Below are positions 48,101 through 56,117 of a stretch of DNA of 64,000 bases, piece after piece. Made by a program: the position numbers and the translations under genes. Every line of letters begins with the position of its first letter. The first letter of the stretch is position 1. The stretch is taken from the NCBI GenBank assembly GCA_016744355.1, contig JADGEN010000003.1, positions 6,385-70,384 on the forward strand, in the 5' to 3' direction. The stretch is from Halieaceae bacterium. GTDB taxonomy: Bacteria > Pseudomonadota > Gammaproteobacteria > Pseudomonadales > Halieaceae. The notes under the pieces are model-generated. The model was not told the DNA's origin. It saw only the letters and a program-made list of their open reading frames with translations, and made no database searches.

Positions 48101-48454
48101 GGGGCTTGATGATCGGATGGGCCAACTCTGATCAACAGTACCCGGGCGTTCTTCTCGAAACTCTTGCTGAATACGTGGTTCGGATGTCTCACCAGTCGGG
48201 GAAGAGCGCGCCGGCTCCAGTTTTAGAACGACGCCCACTCGGTACATTTTTGTATAAAAGGCTGTGGCAGCGTCCTTGTCAAGATTTCGTCGGATGGTGA
48301 CAGCTTTGTCGGAGAAAAATTGCTCTACGCGTTCAGGGTCATCGATTAAGAGTGCTTCGGCAAAGCGCTTCTTGACCTTGGGAAGGTCGAAGCCGTCTAC
48401 AATTTCGCCATTGAATGTGAGGTTAAACTTATCCACCCCATGCCCCCCGGCCAT
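45125..48454 (-). CDS. large multidomain membrane protein of unknown family (1109 aa)
   Basis: Uninterrupted 3.3-kb ORF. Residues 1-85 are a small globular module. Residues ~136-510 are an E/K/R/A-rich helix. TM1 is ~571-593 and a beta-rich domain covers ~594-891. TM2 is ~892-913 and TM3/TM4 are ~954-999. A ~80-aa PH-like module follows, then a C-terminal hydrophobic helix. Confidence 0.8.
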   Translation of the reverse strand: MAGGHGVDKFNLTFNGEIVDGFDLPKVKKRFAEALLIDDPERVEQFFSDKAVTIRRNLDKDAATAFYTKMYRVGVVLKLEPARSSPTGETSEPRIQQEFREERPGTVDQSWPIRSSSPKTKKTPAPPISKPGNAVRQAEEEKRKREAEALEAKRKAAEEAFKQEEAAALAIKTKAAEEDARVRAEEQRKREEETAKRKAEVLAAKKKAAAEEKRQRDEEAARVKAEKKRLKAEEAAKRKAEALAAKKKAAEEAARARAEEKRKRDEETARLKAEQKRLRTEEAAKRKAEALAAKKKAAAEAARARAEEKHKREEAAAKEEAEEQTRIAAEKERMLAQEIAREEAEKAARREQTAALNAKKKADEEVAIQAALDEIARKKAEEETAAQQALDLAAHKRVKEEEARLRTELTAQKRKHAEAAARAKADEERIEDALRTLAAKSKAEETKRNLSLKEDKQRQFELEEAQRKQQRLAQEKAAKQRAQEREMEKAALQRAAAGTARLEKLQQAAEVTPEPAAKTLKQPAPPTSAIPAALAGSKRQPGAPNLFNLKPFRNTVEIRQRAAASLQLMKVMYIASVVALLTLLILGARYALLPTPDAGITHADKIIANQHSSLFIAAGSELFALDRSGTDSKRYRFADLGLDTGATLLDFDRSGKLLFQSPLAAETSKASSAQRLLRCDLQLTSCAAFAADIPNGKVSDWITDVRTGDSFVAIAGTNSLSRLAQDGSLISQQTVTMAGPVKLAFHEGLLYINSSTGPAIGVFRPDAKGFGEQLDDILLLPPQAQEQGHTRVSNFLWSADSWWVVMTNPETDNGAVYRFDANWEYLSTLAMAPQSLPQQLLAWSGKILVVDSTSVDILRFNAEGETELALTPKALAGDINRKQASQTQSRRLWYASLGLLALLGIVAYVLGRLHQVRALVYKADNVRGAEPIDHKIKSIRWIPLDPKKKTTFKQLVALLAATAILVIGTLAYQLAPINVVVAAIIFFSGPAIGLTLIAMSKPGHVGVLDERLVLVDHNNNYHIDGGARIHYRNNFLLLDDIAVYVGNRLLPVFSTEQLAQSIAPLARAGVKVDRKTVLVKLGQSSHPLTRGMIACAASLGGALFCLLLY
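47500..47900. repeat. 144-nt (48-codon) tandem repeat, about 3 copies, inside the large ORF
   Basis: TTCTTCCGC(CCGGGCTCTCGC...) recurs at 47531, 47675 and 47819, an exact 144-nt period. The third copy carries a 21-nt in-frame deletion. The protein units are EEAAKRKAEALAAKKKAAEEAARARAEEKRKRDEETARLKAEQKRLRT-like. Confidence 0.8.
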
Positions 48455-48538
48455 CGCCGGTTGTTAGTACTAATATTCTCAAGAATGTACGAGGTTTCGG
48501 CGGTTTATGCCAGTAGAAAGGTAAAATAACAGGAGATT

Positions 48539-49768
48539 TTAACTTACAGGAATGATCTCGAATTTGAGACCTGCTTTGTTTGTCAGGCGGTCAAGTAGTA
48601 GCTCGTTCATGGCTGAGGCGGGAGTCCATATGCCGCCGCCAACCTCAATGTCGTCCTTGGCTAAACACACCGCAGATTCCGCCAGCATTTTTGAGGTCGA
48701 ACCGTAGCCGGGATCCATATCCCCACTGACTTTTACCCGCATATCCTTATTTCGGTCCAGCGGGTGTATTCCGTGGAAAAACAGCTCATAGAAGCCTTTT
48801 TCACGCACCTGCTGTGAGGGGCCTTCTCCAGGCTTTGGCAATATCCTCGCGGCCAGTCCTCTGGCGGTACGGTTGCCCATCAGACCCATACCAATTTTGC
48901 CTGCGACAGCGTTTCTGGTTGCCGCAGCGCGAGATTTACACAGCGTGGCTTCGTTGTAGTGGAAACCTTTACCCCAGGGGAAGTTAAGTAGGGCATTGCT
49001 GCGCCGGACTACCCTTGTGTTTACCGCGGCCATCACAAATGGTGATGTCCACTGCTTAAAGTCGGGGTCATAGACTGCGCCGCTCTGGTCTGGTCCGTCC
49101 GGTCCTGTTGTGGCGCCTTCAGGATTCAGTGAATAAGGATTATCCATTAACTCCAGGATAGACGAGTTGTCGTCTGCTTCTGACAGCATATTGAGCATGC
49201 TGGCGATGGTGCCCCCACTGGCAGCGCCGCTGAATCGACCTACACGTGTTTTGATTTCAATGGCAGCAACACCATGCTCCTTCATCATGGCATCCTGTAA
49301 AAACCACGCCCCCAGATCAAAGGGAATGGAATCAAAGCCACAGGTGTGTACGATGCGAGCCCCACTGTTTTCGGCCTCGACCTGATAGCTGGAAATGATT
49401 TCTGCCATCCACTGTACTTCGCCGGCGAGGTCGCAGTAATGTGTCCCTGCGCTCACGCAGGCGGCCACCACGGCTGTGCCGTAAAGCGCGTAAGGACCTA
49501 CCGTTGTGCACATTGCCCGTGTTGACTGTGCGAGCGCGGCGAGACTATCCGGGTCGGAGCTGTCGGCCAATAGTATGGGTAGCGAGGCCTGTTGTTTGTC
49601 TGCCAGGTAAAGCGCGCGCACTTCCTCCAGTTTACTTTGGTTTCTGCCCGCAATTGCCCATTTCAAATCGCCGTTTGTGCCGTAGTTGGCGATTAAGTAT
49701 TCCATAACCAGGCGCCCGGTAAAACCGGATGCACCCAGTACGATAATATCGTATTTACGCGCACTCAT
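48539..49768 (-). CDS. saccharopine dehydrogenase-like NAD(P)-binding oxidoreductase
   Basis: Rossmann N-terminus YDIIVLGASGFTGRLV. At 409 aa, the overall pattern matches Sacchrp_dh family proteins. The ATG overlaps the POT gene stop (TAATG). Confidence 0.85.
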   Translation of the reverse strand: MSARKYDIIVLGASGFTGRLVMEYLIANYGTNGDLKWAIAGRNQSKLEEVRALYLADKQQASLPILLADSSDPDSLAALAQSTRAMCTTVGPYALYGTAVVAACVSAGTHYCDLAGEVQWMAEIISSYQVEAENSGARIVHTCGFDSIPFDLGAWFLQDAMMKEHGVAAIEIKTRVGRFSGAASGGTIASMLNMLSEADDNSSILELMDNPYSLNPEGATTGPDGPDQSGAVYDPDFKQWTSPFVMAAVNTRVVRRSNALLNFPWGKGFHYNEATLCKSRAAATRNAVAGKIGMGLMGNRTARGLAARILPKPGEGPSQQVREKGFYELFFHGIHPLDRNKDMRVKVSGDMDPGYGSTSKMLAESAVCLAKDDIEVGGGIWTPASAMNELLLDRLTNKAGLKFEIIPVS

Positions 49769-51315
49769 TAGTGAATGCCTCGCATCATTTTTTTCAGCAG
49801 CGGTGAAATGACAAGCATGAACGCTGCTGCCCCTAGCCCGACCCAGAGCAGACTGGTAAACAGGTTGGTGTAGCTCGCAAGAGCTGCGGCAATGTCCGTG
49901 ACGCTGCCGTCTACTGTTTCAATGGCGGCGATCTGGGATAGCTTTACTGCCACGAACTCGGAGTAGGCTGTGGCTAGAAACCAGGCCCCCATCATCACAC
50001 CAACGACACTGGGCACTGCCAGCTTGGTAACGGCAGAGAGGCCGACAGGAGAGAGGCACAGCTCGCCAGTTGTGTGTAGTAGATAGGCCAAAACCATCCA
50101 GTAGGCAAATACGCGGCCTGACTCATCAGGCGCGTTCGCACCCAGTACAAGCGCTCCAAAGCCCAATCCGGCCTGCCCAATTCCCAAGGCAAATTTCACC
50201 GGTGTGCTGGGTTCTAGCCCGCGGCGGGCCAGCGCTGTCCACAGCCAGGCAAATAGCGGGGCACACATAAAAATAAAGAGCGAATTCATCGCACCGAATT
50301 GAGAAGCAGTGAGTTCTACACCCAGTAGGTTGCGGTTTAGTACCCGGTCAGCGTACAGGGTCATGGAGGCGGCGCTCTGCTCAAAGAGTGCCCAGAAGAC
50401 AACGGTTGAAAGGATGAGCACGGCAAGCACAATCATACGGCTGCGCTCCTCCGCGTTACATTTAACGGTGATAAACCACGTCATGCCAATAAGTACCGCG
50501 ACAGACAGTGAATTCAACAAAGTTCCAACAGCGCCATGAAATTGGAGCATTTTCCAGGCTACTACTACGCCGCCTAAGCTGCATAGGTAAATGGTCATTT
50601 CACGGCTCAGTCCAATGATTGATTTTTGGCGTAGGAGTGCCGGATCTTTTGGCTCAGCGTGACCGTGAAGATGCTTCTGGCCATAGAGAAAACTGCACAA
50701 GCCAATGCACATGCCTATGCCGGCCGCACCAAAACCATAGCCCCAGCCGTAGGTTTCTCCCAGATAGCCACACAGCAAGGTGGCGGTAAAGGCTCCCAGA
50801 TTGATGCCCATATAGAATATGGTGAAACCGCTATCTCTGCGGGGGTCGTCTTTGGCATAGAGCTGGCCGACGATTGTAGAGATGTTAGGCTTGAGGAAGC
50901 CAACGCCTATGACAATAAGGGCGAGGGAAAAGTAAAATATTTGCAGGGCATCATCATCCCTGACTACTGAACCGTTCACCACTGTGGCCTGCTTCCCTTC
51001 AAAGGCCATCCCGAAATGGCCCAGGACTAATAGCGTGCCCCCAAAAACCACGGCTTTGCGCATTCCCAGATAGCGATCGGCTAACAGTCCGCCAATAACG
51101 GGCATGGCGTATACCAGAGCAGCATAGCTGCCAAGGACTTCCAGTCCATTGACGTCACTGAATAAATGATATTTTGTGAGGTATAAAAGCAGTAGATATT
51201 TCATTCCATAGAAGGAAAATCGCTCCCACATTTCGGTGGTAAAGCAGATTAGCAGCCCCTTGGGGTGGCCGAAAAATCCGGTATCTGTTGCCGGATCGAT
51301 GGTGCTTGTCGTCAT
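49768..51315 (-). CDS. POT/PTR2-family di/tripeptide:H+ symporter
   Basis: It has the EMWERFSFYGM (ExxERFxYYG) motif, 14 TM-like segments and 515 aa. Confidence 0.9.
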   Translation of the reverse strand: MTTSTIDPATDTGFFGHPKGLLICFTTEMWERFSFYGMKYLLLLYLTKYHLFSDVNGLEVLGSYAALVYAMPVIGGLLADRYLGMRKAVVFGGTLLVLGHFGMAFEGKQATVVNGSVVRDDDALQIFYFSLALIVIGVGFLKPNISTIVGQLYAKDDPRRDSGFTIFYMGINLGAFTATLLCGYLGETYGWGYGFGAAGIGMCIGLCSFLYGQKHLHGHAEPKDPALLRQKSIIGLSREMTIYLCSLGGVVVAWKMLQFHGAVGTLLNSLSVAVLIGMTWFITVKCNAEERSRMIVLAVLILSTVVFWALFEQSAASMTLYADRVLNRNLLGVELTASQFGAMNSLFIFMCAPLFAWLWTALARRGLEPSTPVKFALGIGQAGLGFGALVLGANAPDESGRVFAYWMVLAYLLHTTGELCLSPVGLSAVTKLAVPSVVGVMMGAWFLATAYSEFVAVKLSQIAAIETVDGSVTDIAAALASYTNLFTSLLWVGLGAAAFMLVISPLLKKMMRGIH

Positions 51316-51544
51316 TATTATTATTCCCGTGTGCGCAGTAGGCAGGCAGTGGCAATGCTGAGTGCGACCTCACCATAATTGCTCTATAGTGTAGCGGCGC
51401 TACGGTGAAGGCAACACCATAAAGTGAATAAATTTAGTTCGGGCAGCTAAACCAAACGAATCGGAAAATGATGACCTCAGGGTTGAGGCATTAGGCTACC
51501 TATACGTTTAATTGGAATAACGAAAAAGTCGGTCTGGAATAATT

Positions 51545-53713
51545 ATGAAATTGCATGTGCGGATGGTTTTCGAAGCCATTGTTCTGTCTTTGTGTGTGTT
51601 GGCACTCTCCTCGTGCAGCAAAGACCCCTGGAACAACCCTAACCCGGCCAACCCCAAAGGCCTTGTTACCTATCAGTCCGTTATTTCACCTGCCCCGCCA
51701 AAACACCTCGATCCGGTTATTTCCTACGCGACCGACGAGAGCATCTTCATCATGCAAATCTACGAGCCCCTACTGGGCTATCACTTTCTCAAGCGTCCCT
51801 ACGAGCTTCAGCCGCTGGCGGCGGAGTCTATGCCGGAAGTGACCTATCTGGATACCGAGGGTAATTCCATAGCCTTGGGAGAGGGCGAAATAGCGTTTAC
51901 CCGTTACACCTTGCGTGTTCGCAAAGACGAACACTTTCAACCGCACCCCTCATTCGCCAAAAACGCTTCTGGAGAGCCCTTATACCTGTTTTCCAGCGCC
52001 GAGGAGGGGCAGCAGTATAAAACGGTGCCCGATTTTCCTGAAACGGGCTCCAGGCCAGTGACGGCAAATGATTATGCTTACCAGATAAAGCGCCTCGCCG
52101 ACCCGGTAAATATTTCTCCCATGCTGGGCTTTATGTCACAGCATATTGTGGGTATGAGCGAGTTGTCCAGGGAGTTGGGTGATGTGGAACGCGACGGCTG
52201 GTTAAACCTGAATGACTATGATCTTACGGGCGTTGAGGTTGTAGACGACCAGACTCTGGTTATTACTATCAAAAAGAATTACCCGCAGTTTGTCTATTGG
52301 CTGAGTATGCATTTTTTCGCGCCAGTTGCGCCGGAAGTCGACCGCTTTTACAAGAATCCCGGCTTTGCGCAGCGCAACCTGACACTGGATTGGTGGCCCG
52401 TGGGTAGCGGCCCCTTCATGCTGGTCAAAAATGACCCAAACACCGAAATCATCCTGGAGCGCAATCCAAATTTCCGCGAGGATTATTATCCTTCTGAAGG
52501 TGCTCCTGGCGATGCCGAAGCGGGATATCTGGACGATGCGGGTAAACGCCTGCCCTTTATCGATAGGGCGGTTTATCGCCTGGAAAAAGAAGTGTTGCCG
52601 TTGTGGACAAAATTTTTGCAGGGCTACTACGACCGCTCAGGTGAAGTACATGCCAACACCAACGGTTTCTTCGACCAGGCCTTTGTCGTAGGCCCTGAAG
52701 GTTTGGAGGCAGCGCCGGAATTGGCTGATCACGGTATTACAGTTTCCATCGATGTCAAACCTTCCCTCTATTACTACGGTTTCAATATGCGCGACCCGGT
52801 TTTGGGTGGCTACACAGATGAGAAGCGTAAACTGCGCAAGGCTCTGCAAATTGCCTTTAACGCTGAGGAATACATCAATATTTTCTACAAAGGCAATGGT
52901 ATTGTGGCTCAGAGCCCACTGCCGCCGGGTATCCCTGGTTACTTCCCGGGTAAAGCGGGTACCAATCCCCAGGTATACGACTGGGTAGATGGCAAGCGAG
53001 AACGCAAGTCCATCGAGCATGCAAAAGCACTATTAGTAGAGGCGGGATACCCCAATGGCCGCGATGCCCGTACGGGTGAGCCGCTGAAAATATTTATTGA
53101 TGTGCAGTCTCAGGCAATTAGTAACCCGATGATGAATTGGATGGACAGGCAGTTCGCCCAGATTGGTGTGCAGGTGGAGTACAGACCAGCAGACTGGAAT
53201 CGCACTCGCGAAAAGTACCTCACAGGGAATACCCAGATTTTTTCTCACGGCTGGTTGGCTGATTATCCCGATCCGGAGAACTTTTTGTTTCTGTTGCACA
53301 GTCCCGAGAGCCCGCTGGTGTGCAAATGCGACGGCACCAACAACGCGAACTATGCCAGTGACGAGTACGACGAGGCATTTCGAGCCATGCGAATTATGCC
53401 TCCGGGCCCAGAGCGTGACGTAGAAGTTGCCAAAATGGTGAAGTTGTTTCAGGACGACGCGGTATGGCTGTATGCCTTTACACCCAAGGAAATCTATTTA
53501 AATAATGCCTGGGTGTACAACACCAAGCGCCACGGAATCGACAAAGGTACCTTGAAGTACATTCGCCTGGATGCCGAGATGCGCGCACGCAAGCAAGCCG
53601 AGTGGAACCAGCCGGTCACCTGGCCGCTTTACGCCGGCGCCCTACTTGTTTTCGCGTTGCTGGTGCCGGGTGTTACTGCGTATCGACGACGGCAACGTGC
53701 CACCGCACGCTAA
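51545..53713 (+). CDS. family-5 (peptide/nickel type) ABC substrate-binding protein with lipobox and C-terminal TM anchor
   Basis: The lipobox is LALSSC. The SBP_bac_5-like body includes HLDP..., MQIYEPLLGY and GSGPFML. The C-terminal TM helix WPLYAGALLVFALLVPGVTAY is followed by RRRQR. Confidence 0.85.
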   Translation: MKLHVRMVFEAIVLSLCVLALSSCSKDPWNNPNPANPKGLVTYQSVISPAPPKHLDPVISYATDESIFIMQIYEPLLGYHFLKRPYELQPLAAESMPEVTYLDTEGNSIALGEGEIAFTRYTLRVRKDEHFQPHPSFAKNASGEPLYLFSSAEEGQQYKTVPDFPETGSRPVTANDYAYQIKRLADPVNISPMLGFMSQHIVGMSELSRELGDVERDGWLNLNDYDLTGVEVVDDQTLVITIKKNYPQFVYWLSMHFFAPVAPEVDRFYKNPGFAQRNLTLDWWPVGSGPFMLVKNDPNTEIILERNPNFREDYYPSEGAPGDAEAGYLDDAGKRLPFIDRAVYRLEKEVLPLWTKFLQGYYDRSGEVHANTNGFFDQAFVVGPEGLEAAPELADHGITVSIDVKPSLYYYGFNMRDPVLGGYTDEKRKLRKALQIAFNAEEYINIFYKGNGIVAQSPLPPGIPGYFPGKAGTNPQVYDWVDGKRERKSIEHAKALLVEAGYPNGRDARTGEPLKIFIDVQSQAISNPMMNWMDRQFAQIGVQVEYRPADWNRTREKYLTGNTQIFSHGWLADYPDPENFLFLLHSPESPLVCKCDGTNNANYASDEYDEAFRAMRIMPPGPERDVEVAKMVKLFQDDAVWLYAFTPKEIYLNNAWVYNTKRHGIDKGTLKYIRLDAEMRARKQAEWNQPVTWPLYAGALLVFALLVPGVTAYRRRQRATAR

Positions 53714-53756
53714 TTTGAAGTATCGACAAAAATAAAAAGGATAGGAAAGACAAACT

Positions 53757-54734
53757 ATGTTTGCTTATATTGTTAGACGACTTCTCTATGCTATTCCCAT
53801 TCTTATTGGCGTGAATCTCTTAACATTTACCCTGTTTTTTGTGGTGAATTCACCAGACGATATGGCAGTGTCTCAATTGGGAGCTAAGTACGTCACGCCT
53901 GAGGCAATACAGAACTGGAAAGTGAAAAACGGCTACGACAAGCCGCTATTTCTCAATTCGGAGGAAGGTGGTGTTGGCACTATTACGGACACCATTTTCT
54001 TCACTAAATCTGTGAAGTTGTTCGCTTTTGACTTTGGTCGCTCCGAAAGTGGCCGCGATATTACATCCGATATTTCTGTTCGCATGTGGCCCAGTCTGGC
54101 AGTTGCTTTGCCCACGTTTTTGGTAGGTATATGGGTAAATATTTGCGTGGCGCTAATGGTCGTGATGTTTCACGCCACGCGACTGGATCGATGGACGGTA
54201 TTTGTGTTTGTTGGGCTGATGTCCATCTCTTATCTGTTTTATATTATCGGCGGGCAATATATGGTGGCCAAGACCTGGCGTCTGGTGCCGATCTCGGGCT
54301 TTGATGCCCAGGGGCAGGTTTGGAAGTTTCTGATTTTGCCCGTTCTGGTAGGTGTGATAGCTGGTATTGGCGCCGGGGCGCGCTGGTATCGTACCCTGTT
54401 TCTGGAGGAGGCCAATCAAGACTACGTGCGTACCGCCAGAGCCAAGGGTTGTAGCGAGATCACTATACTGTTTCGCCATATTTTGCCCAACGCGTTGATC
54501 CCCATACTGACTGGTGTGGTTGTATTGATTCCAACATTGTTTATGGGCAGCCTGCTCATCGAATCATTTTTTGGTATTCCCGGCCTTGGCAGCTATATGT
54601 TGGATGCTATTCGCTCACAGGATTTTGCTATCGTAAGAAGCATGGTGTTTATCGGCTCCATTTTATATATCACTGGCCTTATTCTCACTGACATTTCATA
54701 TACCTGGGCTGACCCCCGGGTACGATTGAATTAA
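53757..54734 (+). CDS. ABC transporter permease (DppB/OppB/YejB-like)
   Basis: N-terminus MFAYIVRRLLYAIPILIGV and the EAA-loop region (EEANQDYVRTARAKG). Confidence 0.9.
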   Translation: MFAYIVRRLLYAIPILIGVNLLTFTLFFVVNSPDDMAVSQLGAKYVTPEAIQNWKVKNGYDKPLFLNSEEGGVGTITDTIFFTKSVKLFAFDFGRSESGRDITSDISVRMWPSLAVALPTFLVGIWVNICVALMVVMFHATRLDRWTVFVFVGLMSISYLFYIIGGQYMVAKTWRLVPISGFDAQGQVWKFLILPVLVGVIAGIGAGARWYRTLFLEEANQDYVRTARAKGCSEITILFRHILPNALIPILTGVVVLIPTLFMGSLLIESFFGIPGLGSYMLDAIRSQDFAIVRSMVFIGSILYITGLILTDISYTWADPRVRLN

Positions 54735-54746
54735 GGGGCTGCTGCG

Positions 54747-56117
54747 ATGAAACCAATTTTGCTGTGGTCTGACGGGCTTGTGTTTTTGCTGGTAATTGCC
54801 CTGGTCCTATTTTTCTATAAGTTGCGCGAAGACCCTCAAACCCGCACACGCTGGGCGCAGGTTTTTTCTTCGAAACTTGGGATGGTGGCTTTCACCGTTA
54901 TCATGACCTACGTGGGGATTGCGTTACTGGACAGTCTGCATTTTCGGCGGGCGCTTGATGCTCCAGAGGGTATGCAGACTAATGAAGTTTTTTATGACAA
55001 CAAAGTTACCAGCGTTTTTGATGTGCTCACTGGTGGTATGGGAGAGCGCTTCGAGCGAACTTACTCGGCACCTTTTGCCCTGATTTCGTTTGAGAAGAAA
55101 AACACGGTAGATGAGCAGGGTAATAGCGTAAGGGATTTTCCTCCGCTGAAATATGCCGGTCTGGATTTGGCTGACCCCGGTGACAAGTGGTCCGACATTT
55201 TGTCCAAAAGTATGGCGCCATTGGGCTGGGGTTTATTATTGTCGGGGCTGCTAATTGGTGTGCAGTGGCTGTTTCTACGCCGGGGTTTATTTCCCTGGCA
55301 TGCTTCCTGGGTGACCCAGGCGATAGTTATTTGCACGGCGGTTTGGCTGGTTTCTATCAGCAAGCATTACCACGTACTGGGTACCGATAAGGGTGGCGCC
55401 GATGTTCTGTTCCAGAGCCTGAAAGGTATTCGCACCGGCGTGTTACTTGGAACATTAGCCACGCTGGTTATGCTGCCAATTGCCGTGACTCTGGGCGTAA
55501 CAGCGGGCTATTTTAAAGGTTGGGTTGATGACGTGGTGCAGTATCTTTATACCACGCTTAGCTCTATCCCCGGCATACTCCTCATCGCTGCTTCTGTGCT
55601 GCTATTTCAGGTTTATATTGATCTTAATCCCGATTTCTTTTCCATCGGTATGGAGAAAGCCGATGCACGTTTTGTGGCCCTGTGCTTTATTTTGGGAGTG
55701 ACGAGTTGGTCTACACTGTGTCGTCTCATACGTGCAGAGACTTTAAAAATAAGCCAGTTGGGCTATGTGCAGGCCGCGCACGCATTTGGGGTGAGCCACA
55801 CTCGTATTCTGTCTCGGCATATTCTGCCTAACTTGGTGCATATTATTCTTATCACATTTGTATTGGATTTCAGTGCTTTGGTACTTGCCGAAGCGGTGCT
55901 TTCTTATATTGGTGTGGGTATCGATCCCTCTATGGGAAGCTGGGGTAATATGATCAACGGGGCTCGTGCCGAGTTGTCGCGTGAGCCCGCAATCTGGTGG
56001 ACACTGTCCGGTGCTTTCTTTTTTATGTTTGTTATTGTGCTGGCTGCCAACCTGTTTTCCGACCTGGTGCGCGATGCTTTCGATCCGCGGACTCGCCTGG
56101 GAGGAGATGACGCATGA
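54747..56117 (+). CDS. ABC transporter permease (DppC/OppC/YejE-like) with long N-terminal extracytoplasmic loop
   Basis: The C-terminal BPD_transp_1 core includes YVQAAHAFGVSHTRILSRHILPN. The N-terminal ~190 aa carry one TM helix and a large loop. Confidence 0.85.
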   Translation: MKPILLWSDGLVFLLVIALVLFFYKLREDPQTRTRWAQVFSSKLGMVAFTVIMTYVGIALLDSLHFRRALDAPEGMQTNEVFYDNKVTSVFDVLTGGMGERFERTYSAPFALISFEKKNTVDEQGNSVRDFPPLKYAGLDLADPGDKWSDILSKSMAPLGWGLLLSGLLIGVQWLFLRRGLFPWHASWVTQAIVICTAVWLVSISKHYHVLGTDKGGADVLFQSLKGIRTGVLLGTLATLVMLPIAVTLGVTAGYFKGWVDDVVQYLYTTLSSIPGILLIAASVLLFQVYIDLNPDFFSIGMEKADARFVALCFILGVTSWSTLCRLIRAETLKISQLGYVQAAHAFGVSHTRILSRHILPNLVHIILITFVLDFSALVLAEAVLSYIGVGIDPSMGSWGNMINGARAELSREPAIWWTLSGAFFFMFVIVLAANLFSDLVRDAFDPRTRLGGDDA

